From a bacterium (GTDB lineage Bacteria; ARS69), in assembly GCA_041393395.1 (NCBI GenBank), contig JAWKKG010000002.1, positions 759,620 through 823,619 of the forward strand: 64,000 bases of DNA. Reading direction: 5' to 3'. The position numbers were made by a program, and so were the translations under genes. The notes below the pieces were generated by a model. That model worked only from the letters and a program-made list of their open reading frames with translations, searched no databases and had not been told where the DNA came from. Within the stretch, counting starts at the first letter, position 1. Every line of letters begins with the position of its first letter. Of this stretch, positions 9,541-19,367 are shown one piece after another.

Positions 9541-10301
9541 AGGTCTCCCGCGTTTCCGGAAGGCACGAAAGTCGAGGGCGGAAAGTCCTCCTCCGGCCGG
9601 ATGCGTTCGAACGTCACCTCGGCCGCGATCGAGTCGCCCACCCAGGTCGTGACGTGATACGGAAAGAGAATGCCTTCGACCTCCCGGAAGTCCGAAGCCT
9701 CCGAGACGAACTCCACGAGATCCTCGCCCTCGCCCATCTGGCCCCGCACGCCGACCACGAGCCCCGTGTCCGGATCCATCGCGTAGATGGTGCGCAGGCG
9801 ATCGTTCCAGTCGATCTGCACGCGGGGACGCCCCTGTTCGTCCGGCTCGAGCGCGACGACGTCGGCCGGGTCCGCACGCGCGAGCTCGAACGGTGCCACG
9901 ATCCGGTGGTACTGGAGCTTCATCGAATCGGACAGTTCCCGCTTCGACGCGTGCTGCTGACGTCGACCGCCGTTCCAGGCGAGCGCGCCGGCGAGGATGC
10001 GGACCTCCGTGCGGTCCGGGTAGCGGATCTCCGTGCGCAGTGAACCGTCGAGTGCGACCTCGAGGTCGATCTTGCCGTTCACGCCCTCGAGGTGGGAAGC
10101 GACCTGGCCGCGCATCGTCCAGCCGGAGGACGCCTTCAGCCGATCCGCACCCCCGTGGGCGGCCGTGGACCGGGCCACGAGCTCGGCGGCCGACACCGCC
10201 TCGGCGGCCGACGCCGGCAGGCCCGGGCCGAGGAGCCCGAGGCCGAGAGCGAGAATGATCGGGAGCCCCGCGGTGCGGGCCGCCTCCGGGATTCGGGTCA
10301 C
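9537..10301 (-). CDS. hypothetical exported protein (possibly LolA/RseB-like beta-barrel; unverified)
   Basis: GTG start at 10301 with GGAGG 6 nt upstream. Signal peptide (LPIILALGLGLLGPGLPASAAEA). Stop overlaps the CHAT gene start (GTGA), suggesting translational coupling. No confident domain call. Confidence 0.5.
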   Translation of the reverse strand: MTRIPEAARTAGLPIILALGLGLLGPGLPASAAEAVSAAELVARSTAAHGGADRLKASSGWTMRGQVASHLEGVNGKIDLEVALDGSLRTEIRYPDRTEVRILAGALAWNGGRRQQHASKRELSDSMKLQYHRIVAPFELARADPADVVALEPDEQGRPRVQIDWNDRLRTIYAMDPDTGLVVGVRGQMGEGEDLVEFVSEASDFREVEGILFPYHVTTWVGDSIAAEVTFERIRPEEDFPPSTFVPSGNAGDL

Positions 10302-10473
10302 GCGACACCTCCGTTTCCGAGTGTATCGCCAAAAACCCGCTCGCACACGCGAGGATCCGCTTGCGCCCGTTCGTCCCCTGCGGTGATCCTCGACCGGCCG
10401 ACGAGAAGCGCGCAAGGTCGCCCCCTCGGCGGTCGATGAATCAGCGACCCTCCCCCCAAAGGAGTGTGCTCGA

Positions 10474-11313
10474 ATGGCCGAGTTCCGCGGTTTCGGCGGA
10501 GCGGCCCTCGTCACCGGCGCGACCTCGGGGATCGGACTCGAGCTCGCACGGCTCCTCGCGGCCCGGGGCATGCATCTCATCCTCGTGGCCCGGTCCGCGG
10601 AGAACCTGCGCATCCTGGCGAACAAGCTCGCCCAGAGTCATCGTATTCGCGCGGTCTCGGTGCCGATGGACCTTTCCCGCCCGGATGCCGCCGCTCGCCT
10701 CGTGGAGGCGTTGCGCGGCATCGATCTCACGGTGGATCTGCTCGTGAACAACGCCGCGTTCGGGACCTACGGCCCGTTCGCGGATCAGGGTGCGGCGCGG
10801 GAGGCGGAGATGATCCGTCTCAACGTGTCGCTGCCCACGGAGCTCACCGCCCTGTTCCTGCCCGGCATGATCCGGCGCAAGCGGGGTGTGGTTCTGAACG
10901 TCGCGTCCACGGCCGGCTTCGCGCCGGTTCCTTGGATGGGAACGTACGCGGCCACGAAGGCGTACCTCATCTCGTGGACGCACTCGCTCGCCACGGAGCT
11001 GGCGGGGACGGGCGTGCAGGTCGCGGCGCTCTGTCCGGGCTCCACCGCGACGAACTTCCACGCCGTGTCCGGCGCCGCCGGGCGTCGGCCGCGCACGGGA
11101 CCCCAGCAGACGGCCTCGCAGGTCGCGGAGGAGTGCCTGCGCGGACTGGACCGGAAGCAACGGATCATCGTGACGGGAGGCGTGAATCGCCTGCACGCGC
11201 ACCTGTTCCGGGTGCTTCCGCCGTCGTGGGCGTCGCGGCTCGCGGACGTCTTCCAGCGTCCGGGGGCGGCGCGCGTCGGGGCGACCGGAGAGACCTCGGT
11301 CCGCGCGACCTAG
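10474..11313 (+). CDS. SDR-family short-chain dehydrogenase/reductase
   Basis: TGATSGIG Rossmann motif, NNAA motif and YAATK catalytic Tyr/Lys. AAAGGAG upstream of ATG. Confidence 0.85.
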   Translation: MAEFRGFGGAALVTGATSGIGLELARLLAARGMHLILVARSAENLRILANKLAQSHRIRAVSVPMDLSRPDAAARLVEALRGIDLTVDLLVNNAAFGTYGPFADQGAAREAEMIRLNVSLPTELTALFLPGMIRRKRGVVLNVASTAGFAPVPWMGTYAATKAYLISWTHSLATELAGTGVQVAALCPGSTATNFHAVSGAAGRRPRTGPQQTASQVAEECLRGLDRKQRIIVTGGVNRLHAHLFRVLPPSWASRLADVFQRPGAARVGATGETSVRAT

Positions 11314-11326
11314 GAGACGTCGCCCG

Positions 11327-12565
11327 TCAGATGCCGGAGACTTCTCCGGCTCCGGAGTCCGACTCCGGGATGCGGCCCGTCCCTTCGGGGGCGGGCCGCC
11401 ACGTTTCCGGCAACTCGACCACGCGGAGGACGCGCCGGAGCGGACCGAACGAGTACAGGAGCAGCACCTGCGAACGGTCCGGCTTGACCCAGTTGAAGTA
11501 CGTCGCGGTGCCCTGGACCTCGTCCCAGTCTCTCCGGTACTGCAGGTCGCGCGGGAGCGGATCGAGCTCGTCCCAGAACTCGTCGGTGCGATCCCAGCGA
11601 TCGCGGAGCCGCTCGCTCCAGCCCTCGGGGGCCGTGGGCAGCGGTACCGACTCGAATCGATCGAGACACAGGATCGATTGCTCGCCACCGGGTCCCGTGA
11701 TCAGCGCGAGCGATCCGTCGAGGACGGCGACGTACTCCGTCTCCTCGTGCACGGGGACCCACTCCTTCCGGTCCGGCGGCCGAGCGAACAAGGTCGGGCG
11801 ATCGCCGAACAGATCGGAGACGATCGGATCGTGCGACCCCCGTTGCGTCCAGGTCTGGTCGAGACGCTCGAGTGAATTCTCGAGAATCGTGGGGTGGGAG
11901 TCCTCCAGTCCGAGAGCGAGTCGACCGGCGGCCTCGTGGCGACGTTTCTCCTCGTCGGAGAGGCGACGCCCGAATTCGACGTAGTGACGCGCGAGCTCTC
12001 CCTCGAACATCGGAACGACGACGTCGCCATCCCAGCGACCGTGGTACGTGCCGTCGGCCTTCCACCGGAACATCTGGCCGTCGCGCACGCCGGTGAACGA
12101 GCGTCGCTTCGGGAACTCGGCGGTCACCACGTCGAAGATCCAGTGGTACGTGCCGGCGCTGCCGGTCAGCGGCGACAACCAGCCGCGCTCCTCCGTCTCG
12201 ATCAGCAGGTAGCGGCCCGTGTCGTCCCAGCCTCCGATCCGGGTCGCGCGCCCTTTCGGCGCCCGGACCGCGCGATTGTCGCCGGACAGCAGGTCCAGGA
12301 GGAACGCACAGCGCTCGGGTTTCCGGCGCAGGAACCCGCCCGGGACGAGATGCAGATACGCAAACTGCGAGCCGTCCGGCGAGAACGACTCCTCGGACAC
12401 GGGCAGGCCGCGCTGGAACAGCCGATCCGTCGCCTCCAGATCGCGGACGCGCGCGGCGGGCAGGACACGAGGCGGGGCCGGAGGCGGCAGCAGCATGGCG
12501 TCGACTCCGGCGGAGTCCGCCGCGCCGATTCCGAGCAGAAGGCCGAGGAGCGGAGCGAATACCAT
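11327..12565 (-). CDS. hypothetical secreted protein
   Basis: Start at internal ATG 12565 (MVFAPLLGLLLGIGAADSAG signal peptide). Upstream part of the 675-aa track ORF overlaps the methyltransferase gene in another frame and is low-complexity. 5-bp gap to the upstream gene. Confidence 0.5.
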   Translation of the reverse strand: MVFAPLLGLLLGIGAADSAGVDAMLLPPPAPPRVLPAARVRDLEATDRLFQRGLPVSEESFSPDGSQFAYLHLVPGGFLRRKPERCAFLLDLLSGDNRAVRAPKGRATRIGGWDDTGRYLLIETEERGWLSPLTGSAGTYHWIFDVVTAEFPKRRSFTGVRDGQMFRWKADGTYHGRWDGDVVVPMFEGELARHYVEFGRRLSDEEKRRHEAAGRLALGLEDSHPTILENSLERLDQTWTQRGSHDPIVSDLFGDRPTLFARPPDRKEWVPVHEETEYVAVLDGSLALITGPGGEQSILCLDRFESVPLPTAPEGWSERLRDRWDRTDEFWDELDPLPRDLQYRRDWDEVQGTATYFNWVKPDRSQVLLLYSFGPLRRVLRVVELPETWRPAPEGTGRIPESDSGAGEVSGI

Positions 12566-12569
12566 GGAA

Positions 12570-13124
12570 TCAGCGTACCGCTTCCGCGGCACTCGCGGAA
12601 GGCTGGATCGGGGGGCGGACCTCGAGATCGAACTCCAGGCATTCCGCCGGGAACAGGAACGCGAACATCTTCTCGTAGCGGGCGGGGAAGCGATTCGCGA
12701 GCCAGTCGAGGCCGAGCCAGCGGTACGGCTTCCAGAGCCGCAGTCGCACGCGCCGCACGGCGAACAGCGCGTCCGTGTAGTGGGGATAGCGCGAGTCCTC
12801 CGTGAAGTAGCCCATCGACTCGGTGGAGAAGAAGTGCCGGTGCGTGGGGTCCGTGTAGGCCTGGACGCTCGAGAAGTGCGGTACCCGGATGTGGATCGTC
12901 GCGCCCGGACGCGCCACGCGATGCAGCTCCTCCATGACGCCCACGATGTCGTCGAGGTGCTCGATGACGTCCTGGCAACGGACGTGATCGAACTCGGCGT
13001 CGGCGAACGGCCACGGTCGCCGATCGAGATCGTGCACGACGTCGGCCGCGGTGTTCGCGCTCCGGTCGATGCCGATCGCCCCCGGTAGCTTGTCCTGGCC
13101 GCAGCCCACGTCGAGGATCCGCAT
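12570..13124 (-). CDS. class I SAM-dependent methyltransferase
   Basis: ILDVGCGQDKL (SAM-binding motif I), ..DVIEHLDD.. and ..PGATIHIRVP.. motifs of Methyltransf_11/23-type enzymes. Confidence 0.75.
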   Translation of the reverse strand: MRILDVGCGQDKLPGAIGIDRSANTAADVVHDLDRRPWPFADAEFDHVRCQDVIEHLDDIVGVMEELHRVARPGATIHIRVPHFSSVQAYTDPTHRHFFSTESMGYFTEDSRYPHYTDALFAVRRVRLRLWKPYRWLGLDWLANRFPARYEKMFAFLFPAECLEFDLEVRPPIQPSASAAEAVR

Positions 13125-13133
13125 CGCCGGATA

Positions 13134-14618
13134 CTAGGCGCCCGCGCCCGGTCCGCCAACGTCGTCGGCGCCCGGGGTGTCGTTCTCCGGAGCGGCCGGC
13201 GGCCGGATCGCGTCGCGCAGCTCGCGGAAGTCGGACAGGCGCACGCCCCCCAGGATCCACAGCAGCGCCGGGTAGCCCACGGCGCCGGCGGCGAACGCCA
13301 CGGCGCGCCAGGTTCCGCCGACCATCGTCGGCGCGAACGCGACTGCGCCGGCAAGCACGGCCGGCCCGAGCGACGCGAGCGTCTGGCGGGTCAGCGGACG
13401 AGCGGCCCGAGGGCCGAACCCCGCGAGGATCCGGATCGCGTAGGCGATCAGCGTGGCGATCGCGGCACCGCGCGCTCCGAGGGGCGGGATCAGCACGAGG
13501 TTCAGCGCCACGTTCGCTCCGGCCGCACACGCGAGTAGCCCGAGGTTGAGGCGCTCTCGGCCCGTCGCGAGGAGGCGGGCCGTGATCACGATGTCCGCGT
13601 ACACCAGGACCTCGCTCAGTGCGAGCCAGGGGAGCACGTCGGCGCTCGCGCTCCAGTCGCGACCGAAGAGCATGCGCACGAGCGGCCCGGCGAACGCGAT
13701 CTGCACCGCGACCACCGGAACCACGACGGCCACCAGCACCCGCAGGCTCTCGCGGAACAGACGCTCGACCCGCGCTTCCTCGCCGCGCCGCTCCGCGAAC
13801 AGGGGGAACACGGAAGTCATCAGGAGAATCGCGAGCAGATTCGCGACCTCGACGACGCGGGTCGGCGCCGCGTACACGCCGACCTCGTGCGAGTCCCGGA
13901 GGTACTCGAGCATCAGAACGTCCACCCGGGCCAGGACGACGTTCACGATCAGCACCGCGACGAACGGCAGACTCGTCCGGGCGAGCGCTCCGAGGCGCGC
14001 GGGATCCGGCCGCAGCCGGATCGCGGCCCGCCGGTGACTCGCGATCGCGAGGAGTACGAGGAACGGGAGCGGCGAGAGCGACTGCGCGGCCACCGCGCCC
14101 TCCACCCCCAGGCGGCGGAGCGGGCCGGCCACGAGCCCGAGGTGGACCGCTTCGGCCAGCACCGCGAGCAGCGTGGGGATCCCCATGGCGAGGTCGATCC
14201 GGAACGGCACCTCGAGCGCGGACCGGAGCGAGGCGCGGCGGGCCGACGTCAGCAGCACGAGGCCGGCGAGCGCGGCCAGCGGGAACGTCGCCTCGGGGGT
14301 GAACACGCGGAACGCCCAGGCGGCAACCGGGATCGTGATCGCGGCGAGGAGGAACCGGAGGATCAGGGCGTCGCCGACCCGCTGCCCGGTGGACTCGCGA
14401 TCGCGCGCGGCCTCCCGCGCGGTGAGCGAGTCCAGCCCCGCGTCCGTGAAGACCTCGAAGAACGCGATCCAGGCGAACACGAGCGAGTAGCGCCCGAAGC
14501 CCGCCGGCCCCAGCGTGCGGGTGAGCACCGCGTAGGAGAACAGGACCAGCAGCTTGGAGCCGATCGTCCCCGAGAGGAGGACGGCGGAGTTCCGCAGAAC
14601 GGACGAGACGGCAGACAT
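13134..14618 (-). CDS. polysaccharide biosynthesis protein / Wzx-like MOP-family flippase
   Basis: ATG 14618 (MSAVSSVLRNSAVLLSGTIGSKLLVLFSYAVLTRTLGP..). About 494 aa with about 12 hydrophobic helices typical of oligosaccharide flippases. The remaining ~1200 aa of the 1703-aa track ORF lie antisense to metH and are spurious. Confidence 0.7.
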   Translation of the reverse strand: MSAVSSVLRNSAVLLSGTIGSKLLVLFSYAVLTRTLGPAGFGRYSLVFAWIAFFEVFTDAGLDSLTAREAARDRESTGQRVGDALILRFLLAAITIPVAAWAFRVFTPEATFPLAALAGLVLLTSARRASLRSALEVPFRIDLAMGIPTLLAVLAEAVHLGLVAGPLRRLGVEGAVAAQSLSPLPFLVLLAIASHRRAAIRLRPDPARLGALARTSLPFVAVLIVNVVLARVDVLMLEYLRDSHEVGVYAAPTRVVEVANLLAILLMTSVFPLFAERRGEEARVERLFRESLRVLVAVVVPVVAVQIAFAGPLVRMLFGRDWSASADVLPWLALSEVLVYADIVITARLLATGRERLNLGLLACAAGANVALNLVLIPPLGARGAAIATLIAYAIRILAGFGPRAARPLTRQTLASLGPAVLAGAVAFAPTMVGGTWRAVAFAAGAVGYPALLWILGGVRLSDFRELRDAIRPPAAPENDTPGADDVGGPGAGA

Positions 14619-14762
14619 GGGGGCGCACCGTAGCATCCGATCTCGTGCCCGGAAAGTCGGGAGCCGCGAGGGCGGGATGGAACGCCGGGAGACGGGACGC
14701 GGTCCCGCCGAACGAGTAGACTCCCCCGGAACTGCGCGGGTCTCGACGCCGGGGGCGAATCG

Positions 14763-17700
14763 ATGGAGAAAGACGTGGTGGTGCGGGGTCGCTTCCCCGC
14801 GGTGGACCTGCTCGGTCCCGCGCCGGCCCGCCGGAGCGAGGCCGAGATCCGGGACTTCCTGGCCGAGCGCGTCCTCGTGCTCGACGGCGCCACCGGGACC
14901 GGCCTGCAGGACCGGAACCTCACGGCCGAAGATTTCGGCGGCGACGCCCTGGACGGCTGCAACGAGAACCTCGTGCGAACCCGCCCGGACGTCGTCTCCG
15001 ACCTGCACGCGAGCTACTTCGACGCCGGCGCCGACATGGTGGAGACGAACACGTTCGGCGGCACGCCGATCGTCCTCGCCGAGTACGATCTCGCGCCGCT
15101 CGCGCGCGAGCTGAACCGCACCGCGGCCGAGATCGCGAAGCGGACCGCCGCCGTGTGGTCGACCGCGGATCGCCCGCGTTTCGTGGCCGGCTCCGTGGGG
15201 CCCACCACGAAGGCGATCAGCGTGACCGGGGGCATCACGTTTCCCGAACTCGTGGCGGCGTTCCGGGAGCAGATGATCGGTCTCGTCGAGGGCGGCGTGG
15301 ACACGTTGCTCATCGAGACGCAGCAGGACACGCGCAACGCGAAGGCCGCCCTCATTGCGGCGGAGGAGGCATTCGCCGCGTGCGGCGTTCGCGTGCCGGT
15401 GATGATGTCGTGCACGATCGAGCCCACGGGGACCATGCTCGGCGGGCAGGGGGTGGAGGCGTTCTGGACGAGCGTGTCGCACTTCCCGCTGCTCTCGGTG
15501 GGTCTCAACTGCGCGACCGGTCCCGCGTTCATGACCGATCATCTGAGGAGCCTGTCCGCGCTCGCTTCGTGCTTCACGTCGTGCGTGCCGAACGCGGGAC
15601 TTCCGAACGAGGACGGCGAGTACGACGAGACGCCGCGGTCCATGGCGGAGGTTCTCGCGCGGTTCGCGGAGCACGGGTGGTTGAACGTCGTGGGCGGCTG
15701 CTGCGGTACGCGACCGGATCACATCCGCGCGTTCGCCGAGATCGCGGGAACGTGGAAGCCGCGGGTGCCGAAGACGCGCCGCCGGAGCCTCGTGAGCGGA
15801 ATCGACTTCCTCGAGATCGACGAGGACGTGCGACCGGTGCAGGTCGGCGAGCGGACGAACGTCATCGGTTCGCGTCGCTTCAAGAAGCTGATCTGCGAGG
15901 AGCGCTTCGAGGAGGCGGCCGAGATTGCGCGTCGCCAGGTGCGCGGCGGAGCGCAGATCGTCGACGTCAACCTGCAGAACCCGGACCGCGACGAGCTGGC
16001 CGACGTACGTCGCTTCTTCGACGCGCTCGTGCGCATGGTCAAGGTCCCGATCATGATCGACTCCACGGACGCCGACTCGATCGAGCTCGCGCTCACGTAC
16101 TGCCAGGGCAAGGCGATCGTGAACTCGATCAATCTGGAAGACGGCGAGGAGCGATTCGAGCGCGTGTGTCCGCTCCTCCGGAAGTTCGGCGCCGCGGTCG
16201 TCGTCGGCACGATCGACGAGGACCCGGTGCAGGGAATGGGGGTCACGCGGGAGCGGAAGCTCGAGATCGCGCGGCGGAGCTACGCGCTGCTGACCGGCAA
16301 GTACGGACTCCGCCCGGAAGATCTGATCTGGGATCCGCTCGTATTCCCGGTCGGTACCGGTGATGCCCAGTACGTGGGGAGCGCCGAGGAGACGCTCGCC
16401 GCGATCCCGCTCCTCAGGTCCGAGTTCCCGGGCACGCGGACGATCCTCGGGGTGTCGAACGTCAGCTTCGGGTTGCCGCCGGCCGGACGCGAGGTGCTGA
16501 ACTCCGTGTACCTGTACCTGGCCACGAAGGCGGGACTCGATTACGCGATCGTCAACACGGAGAAGCTCGAGCGCTACAACCGCATTCCCGAGGACGAGGT
16601 GCGGCTGGCCGAGGATCTGCTGTTCGCCCGCGGCGACGATCCGGTCGGCGCGTTCGCGGCGCACTTCCGCGGTCGCGCGCACGCCCACGTCGCGGACGAT
16701 CGCGCGGACCTTCCGCTCGACGAGCGGCTCGCGCGCTACATCGTGGAAGGATCGAAGGACGGACTCGTGGAGGATCTCGAGCGCAAGCGGGCCGAGGGAA
16801 CCCCGCCGCTCGAGATCATCAACGGACCGCTGATGGGCGGGATGGCCGAGGTCGGACGCCTGTTCAACGACAATCAGCTCATCGTGGCCGAGGTGCTGCA
16901 GAGCGCCGAGGCGATGAAGGCCGCCGTGTCGCATCTCGAGCAGTACCTGGAGAAGAGCGAGACGACGGCCAAGGGCAAGATCCTGCTCGCCACCGTGAAG
17001 GGCGACGTCCACGACATCGGCAAGAACCTCGTGGAGATCGTGCTCTCGAACAACGGCTACGAGGTGGTCAATCTCGGGATCAAGATCCCGCCGGAGACGT
17101 TGATCGAGGCGTGCCGAGAGCACGAGCCGGACATCGTGGGACTCTCGGGACTTCTCGTGAAGAGCGCGCAGATGATGGTGGCCACGGCCGAGGATCTGTC
17201 CCGCGCCGGTGTGACGCCGCCGCTGCTCGTGGGCGGCGCCGCGCTCTCCAAGAACTTCACGCTCACCCGCATCGCGCCCGCGTACGACGGAGAGGTCTTC
17301 TACGCGAAGGACGCGATGGCCGGTCTTGCGCTGGCCGATCGCGTGCGCGGGGCGAAGGGCGGACTGGACGCGCTCGTGGCCGAGACGCGCGAGGAGCGTC
17401 GAGTGGCGGAGGCGCGGGCCGGCCGTGGTCCGCGAGAGGACTACGACCCCGGCGACGCGCGGAGTCCCGAGATCCCGCCGGTCGCGGAGGCGCCGCCCCC
17501 GCCCGACCTCGACCGGCACACCGAGATGCGCCCGGTGGCCGAGATCTGGTCCTGGATCAATCCGAATGCGCTCTACGGCCGGCACCTCGGCTTCCGCGGT
17601 CGCTTCGCGGAAGCGCTCGCCGCGGGCGATCCGAAGGCGCGGGAGCTCGAGGACGTCGTGGCGTCGCTGCGGCGAGAGGCGGAGTCGGGGCGACTGCGGG

Positions 17701-18317
17701 CGCGCGCGGTCTGGCGGTGGTTCCGCGCCGAGGCGCGAGGGAACACGATCCGGCTCTTCGCCCCGGACGGCGCGCCGCGGGACTTCGACTTCCGGCGTCA
17801 GCGTCGTCCGTCCGGCGTCTGTCTCTCGGACTGGGTTCGTGAGGCGGGGAGCGGCCCCGACTGGGTCGCGATGTTCGTGACGACGGCGGGCGAGGGAGTC
17901 CGCGCCTGGGCCGAGGAGCTGAAGCACGCGGGCGAGTACCTTCGCAGTCACGCGTTGCAGGCGCTCGCGCTCGAGACCGCCGAGGCGTACGCCGAGCTGT
18001 TGCACGCCGATCTTCGCGCGGCCTGGGGGTTTCCCGACCCCGCGGATCTCTCGATGGCCGAGCGCTTCCGGACCCGTTATCGCGGGCGCCGGGTTTCGTT
18101 CGGTTACCCGGCGTGTCCGGATCTCGAGCACCAGGCGCTCCTGTGGGAGTTGCTCCGTCCGGAGGAGATCGGGGTGGAGCTCACCGACGGGTTCATGATG
18201 GACCCCGAAGCTTCCGTTTCGGCGATGGTGTTCCACCACCCGCACGCGAGCTATTTCGCGATTCAGGACCGACCCGCCGGCGAGGGCGCCGGCGATCCGG
18301 CGGAGGAGAACCGATGA
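14763..18317 (+). CDS. metH: cobalamin-dependent methionine synthase
   Basis: 1184 aa. Homocysteine-binding, pterin-binding, B12-binding (..GDVHDIGKNLV..) and AdoMet-activation domains in canonical order. Confidence 0.95.
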   Translation: MEKDVVVRGRFPAVDLLGPAPARRSEAEIRDFLAERVLVLDGATGTGLQDRNLTAEDFGGDALDGCNENLVRTRPDVVSDLHASYFDAGADMVETNTFGGTPIVLAEYDLAPLARELNRTAAEIAKRTAAVWSTADRPRFVAGSVGPTTKAISVTGGITFPELVAAFREQMIGLVEGGVDTLLIETQQDTRNAKAALIAAEEAFAACGVRVPVMMSCTIEPTGTMLGGQGVEAFWTSVSHFPLLSVGLNCATGPAFMTDHLRSLSALASCFTSCVPNAGLPNEDGEYDETPRSMAEVLARFAEHGWLNVVGGCCGTRPDHIRAFAEIAGTWKPRVPKTRRRSLVSGIDFLEIDEDVRPVQVGERTNVIGSRRFKKLICEERFEEAAEIARRQVRGGAQIVDVNLQNPDRDELADVRRFFDALVRMVKVPIMIDSTDADSIELALTYCQGKAIVNSINLEDGEERFERVCPLLRKFGAAVVVGTIDEDPVQGMGVTRERKLEIARRSYALLTGKYGLRPEDLIWDPLVFPVGTGDAQYVGSAEETLAAIPLLRSEFPGTRTILGVSNVSFGLPPAGREVLNSVYLYLATKAGLDYAIVNTEKLERYNRIPEDEVRLAEDLLFARGDDPVGAFAAHFRGRAHAHVADDRADLPLDERLARYIVEGSKDGLVEDLERKRAEGTPPLEIINGPLMGGMAEVGRLFNDNQLIVAEVLQSAEAMKAAVSHLEQYLEKSETTAKGKILLATVKGDVHDIGKNLVEIVLSNNGYEVVNLGIKIPPETLIEACREHEPDIVGLSGLLVKSAQMMVATAEDLSRAGVTPPLLVGGAALSKNFTLTRIAPAYDGEVFYAKDAMAGLALADRVRGAKGGLDALVAETREERRVAEARAGRGPREDYDPGDARSPEIPPVAEAPPPPDLDRHTEMRPVAEIWSWINPNALYGRHLGFRGRFAEALAAGDPKARELEDVVASLRREAESGRLRARAVWRWFRAEARGNTIRLFAPDGAPRDFDFRRQRRPSGVCLSDWVREAGSGPDWVAMFVTTAGEGVRAWAEELKHAGEYLRSHALQALALETAEAYAELLHADLRAAWGFPDPADLSMAERFRTRYRGRRVSFGYPACPDLEHQALLWELLRPEEIGVELTDGFMMDPEASVSAMVFHHPHASYFAIQDRPAGEGAGDPAEENR

Positions 18318-19306
18318 GGGTACTTTCGGGGAATCAGCCCTCGGGGGCGTTGCACCTCGGGAACTGGTTCGGGGCGATTCGGCAGTTCCTGGCGCTGCAG
18401 GAGGAGCACACCTGCTTCTTCTTCATCGCGAGCTACCACGCCCTCACCACGCAACGGGATCCGGCGATCGTGCGGGAAAACATCCGCGACGTGGCGGCGA
18501 GCTACCTGGCGCTCGGCCTCGACCCGGCGCGGAGCGTGCTGTTCGATCAGTCCGACCTGCCCGAGCACCACGAGATCGCCTGGTTCCTCACGTGTCTCAC
18601 GCCGGTCGGCATGCTCCAGCGCGCGCACAGCTACAAGGACAAGGTCGCGCGCGGGCTCGACGCCTCGCACGGCCTGTTCGCGTATCCCGTGCTGATGGCC
18701 GCCGACATCCTCGCGTACGACGCGGATCTCGTCCCGGTGGGCAAGGACCAGAAGCAGCACGTGGAGATCGCGCGCGACCTCGCCACCCGCGTCAACAACG
18801 AGTGGGGCGATCTCCTGCGCTTGCCCGAGCCGTACACGCTCGACGAGTCCGCGGTGGTGCCCGGTATCGACGGCGAGAAGATGTCGAAGAGCTACGACAA
18901 CACGATCGGTCTGTTCCTGCCGCCGAAAGCGCTGAAGAAACGGGTCATGTCGATCGTGACCGACTCCACGCCCGTGGAGGATCCGAAGGACCCGGACAAG
19001 GACACCGTGTTCGCGCTGTATCGACTGTTCGCCTCTCCCGCGGAGACGGAGGAGATGGCGCGGCTCTACCGTGAAGGTGGCTACGGCTACGGGGACGCGA
19101 AGAAGGCGCTCCTCGAGAAGGTCGAGGCGCTCGTGGGGCCGGCCCGCGACAAGCGGGACGACTGGCTGGCCCGTCCGGATGATCTGGAAGACGTGCTCGC
19201 CGACGGCGCCCGCCGTGCCCGTGAGGTCGCCCGCCCCGTGCTGGAGCGACTTCGGACGGCTGTGGGCTTCCCGCCGCGCCCGCGGGGGGCGGCCGCCGGA
19301 CGCTAG
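18314..19306 (+). CDS. trpS: tryptophan--tRNA ligase
   Basis: Class I aaRS HIGH-type motif (ALHLGNWFGAI) and KMSKS (GEKMSKSYDN). Start ATG overlaps the metH stop (ATGA). Confidence 0.9.
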   Translation: MRVLSGNQPSGALHLGNWFGAIRQFLALQEEHTCFFFIASYHALTTQRDPAIVRENIRDVAASYLALGLDPARSVLFDQSDLPEHHEIAWFLTCLTPVGMLQRAHSYKDKVARGLDASHGLFAYPVLMAADILAYDADLVPVGKDQKQHVEIARDLATRVNNEWGDLLRLPEPYTLDESAVVPGIDGEKMSKSYDNTIGLFLPPKALKKRVMSIVTDSTPVEDPKDPDKDTVFALYRLFASPAETEEMARLYREGGYGYGDAKKALLEKVEALVGPARDKRDDWLARPDDLEDVLADGARRAREVARPVLERLRTAVGFPPRPRGAAAGR

Positions 19307-19367
19307 CATTCCTCGCGCGTGTCAAAGTAGCGGCGACCGGTTTCGCTTCCGCGTGGCGTCTGGTAGG

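Noticed and set aside
7093-9657. 854-aa plus-strand ORF antisense to the TPR-CHAT gene, plus similar giant antisense/out-of-frame ORFs (e.g. 175..1731 +, 566..1531 -, 19959..21878 -, 21557..23827 -, 21913..24579 +, 25758..28289 -, 27518..29500 -, 34310..35680 +, 35504..37507 -, 47198..49918 +, 52076..53989 -, 54580..56055 +, 56040..58079 +)
   Set aside because: Arg/Gly/Asp/Pro-dominated low-complexity translations with no domain signatures, as expected for stop-codon-poor alternate frames at 70% GC. The overlapping frames carry clear family motifs.
14619-18245. N-terminal ~1200 aa of the 1703-aa minus-strand ORF 13134..18245
   Set aside because: Antisense to metH. Only the last ~494 aa (13134..14618) show a membrane-transporter hydropathy pattern and a plausible start, so only that part was called (flippase).
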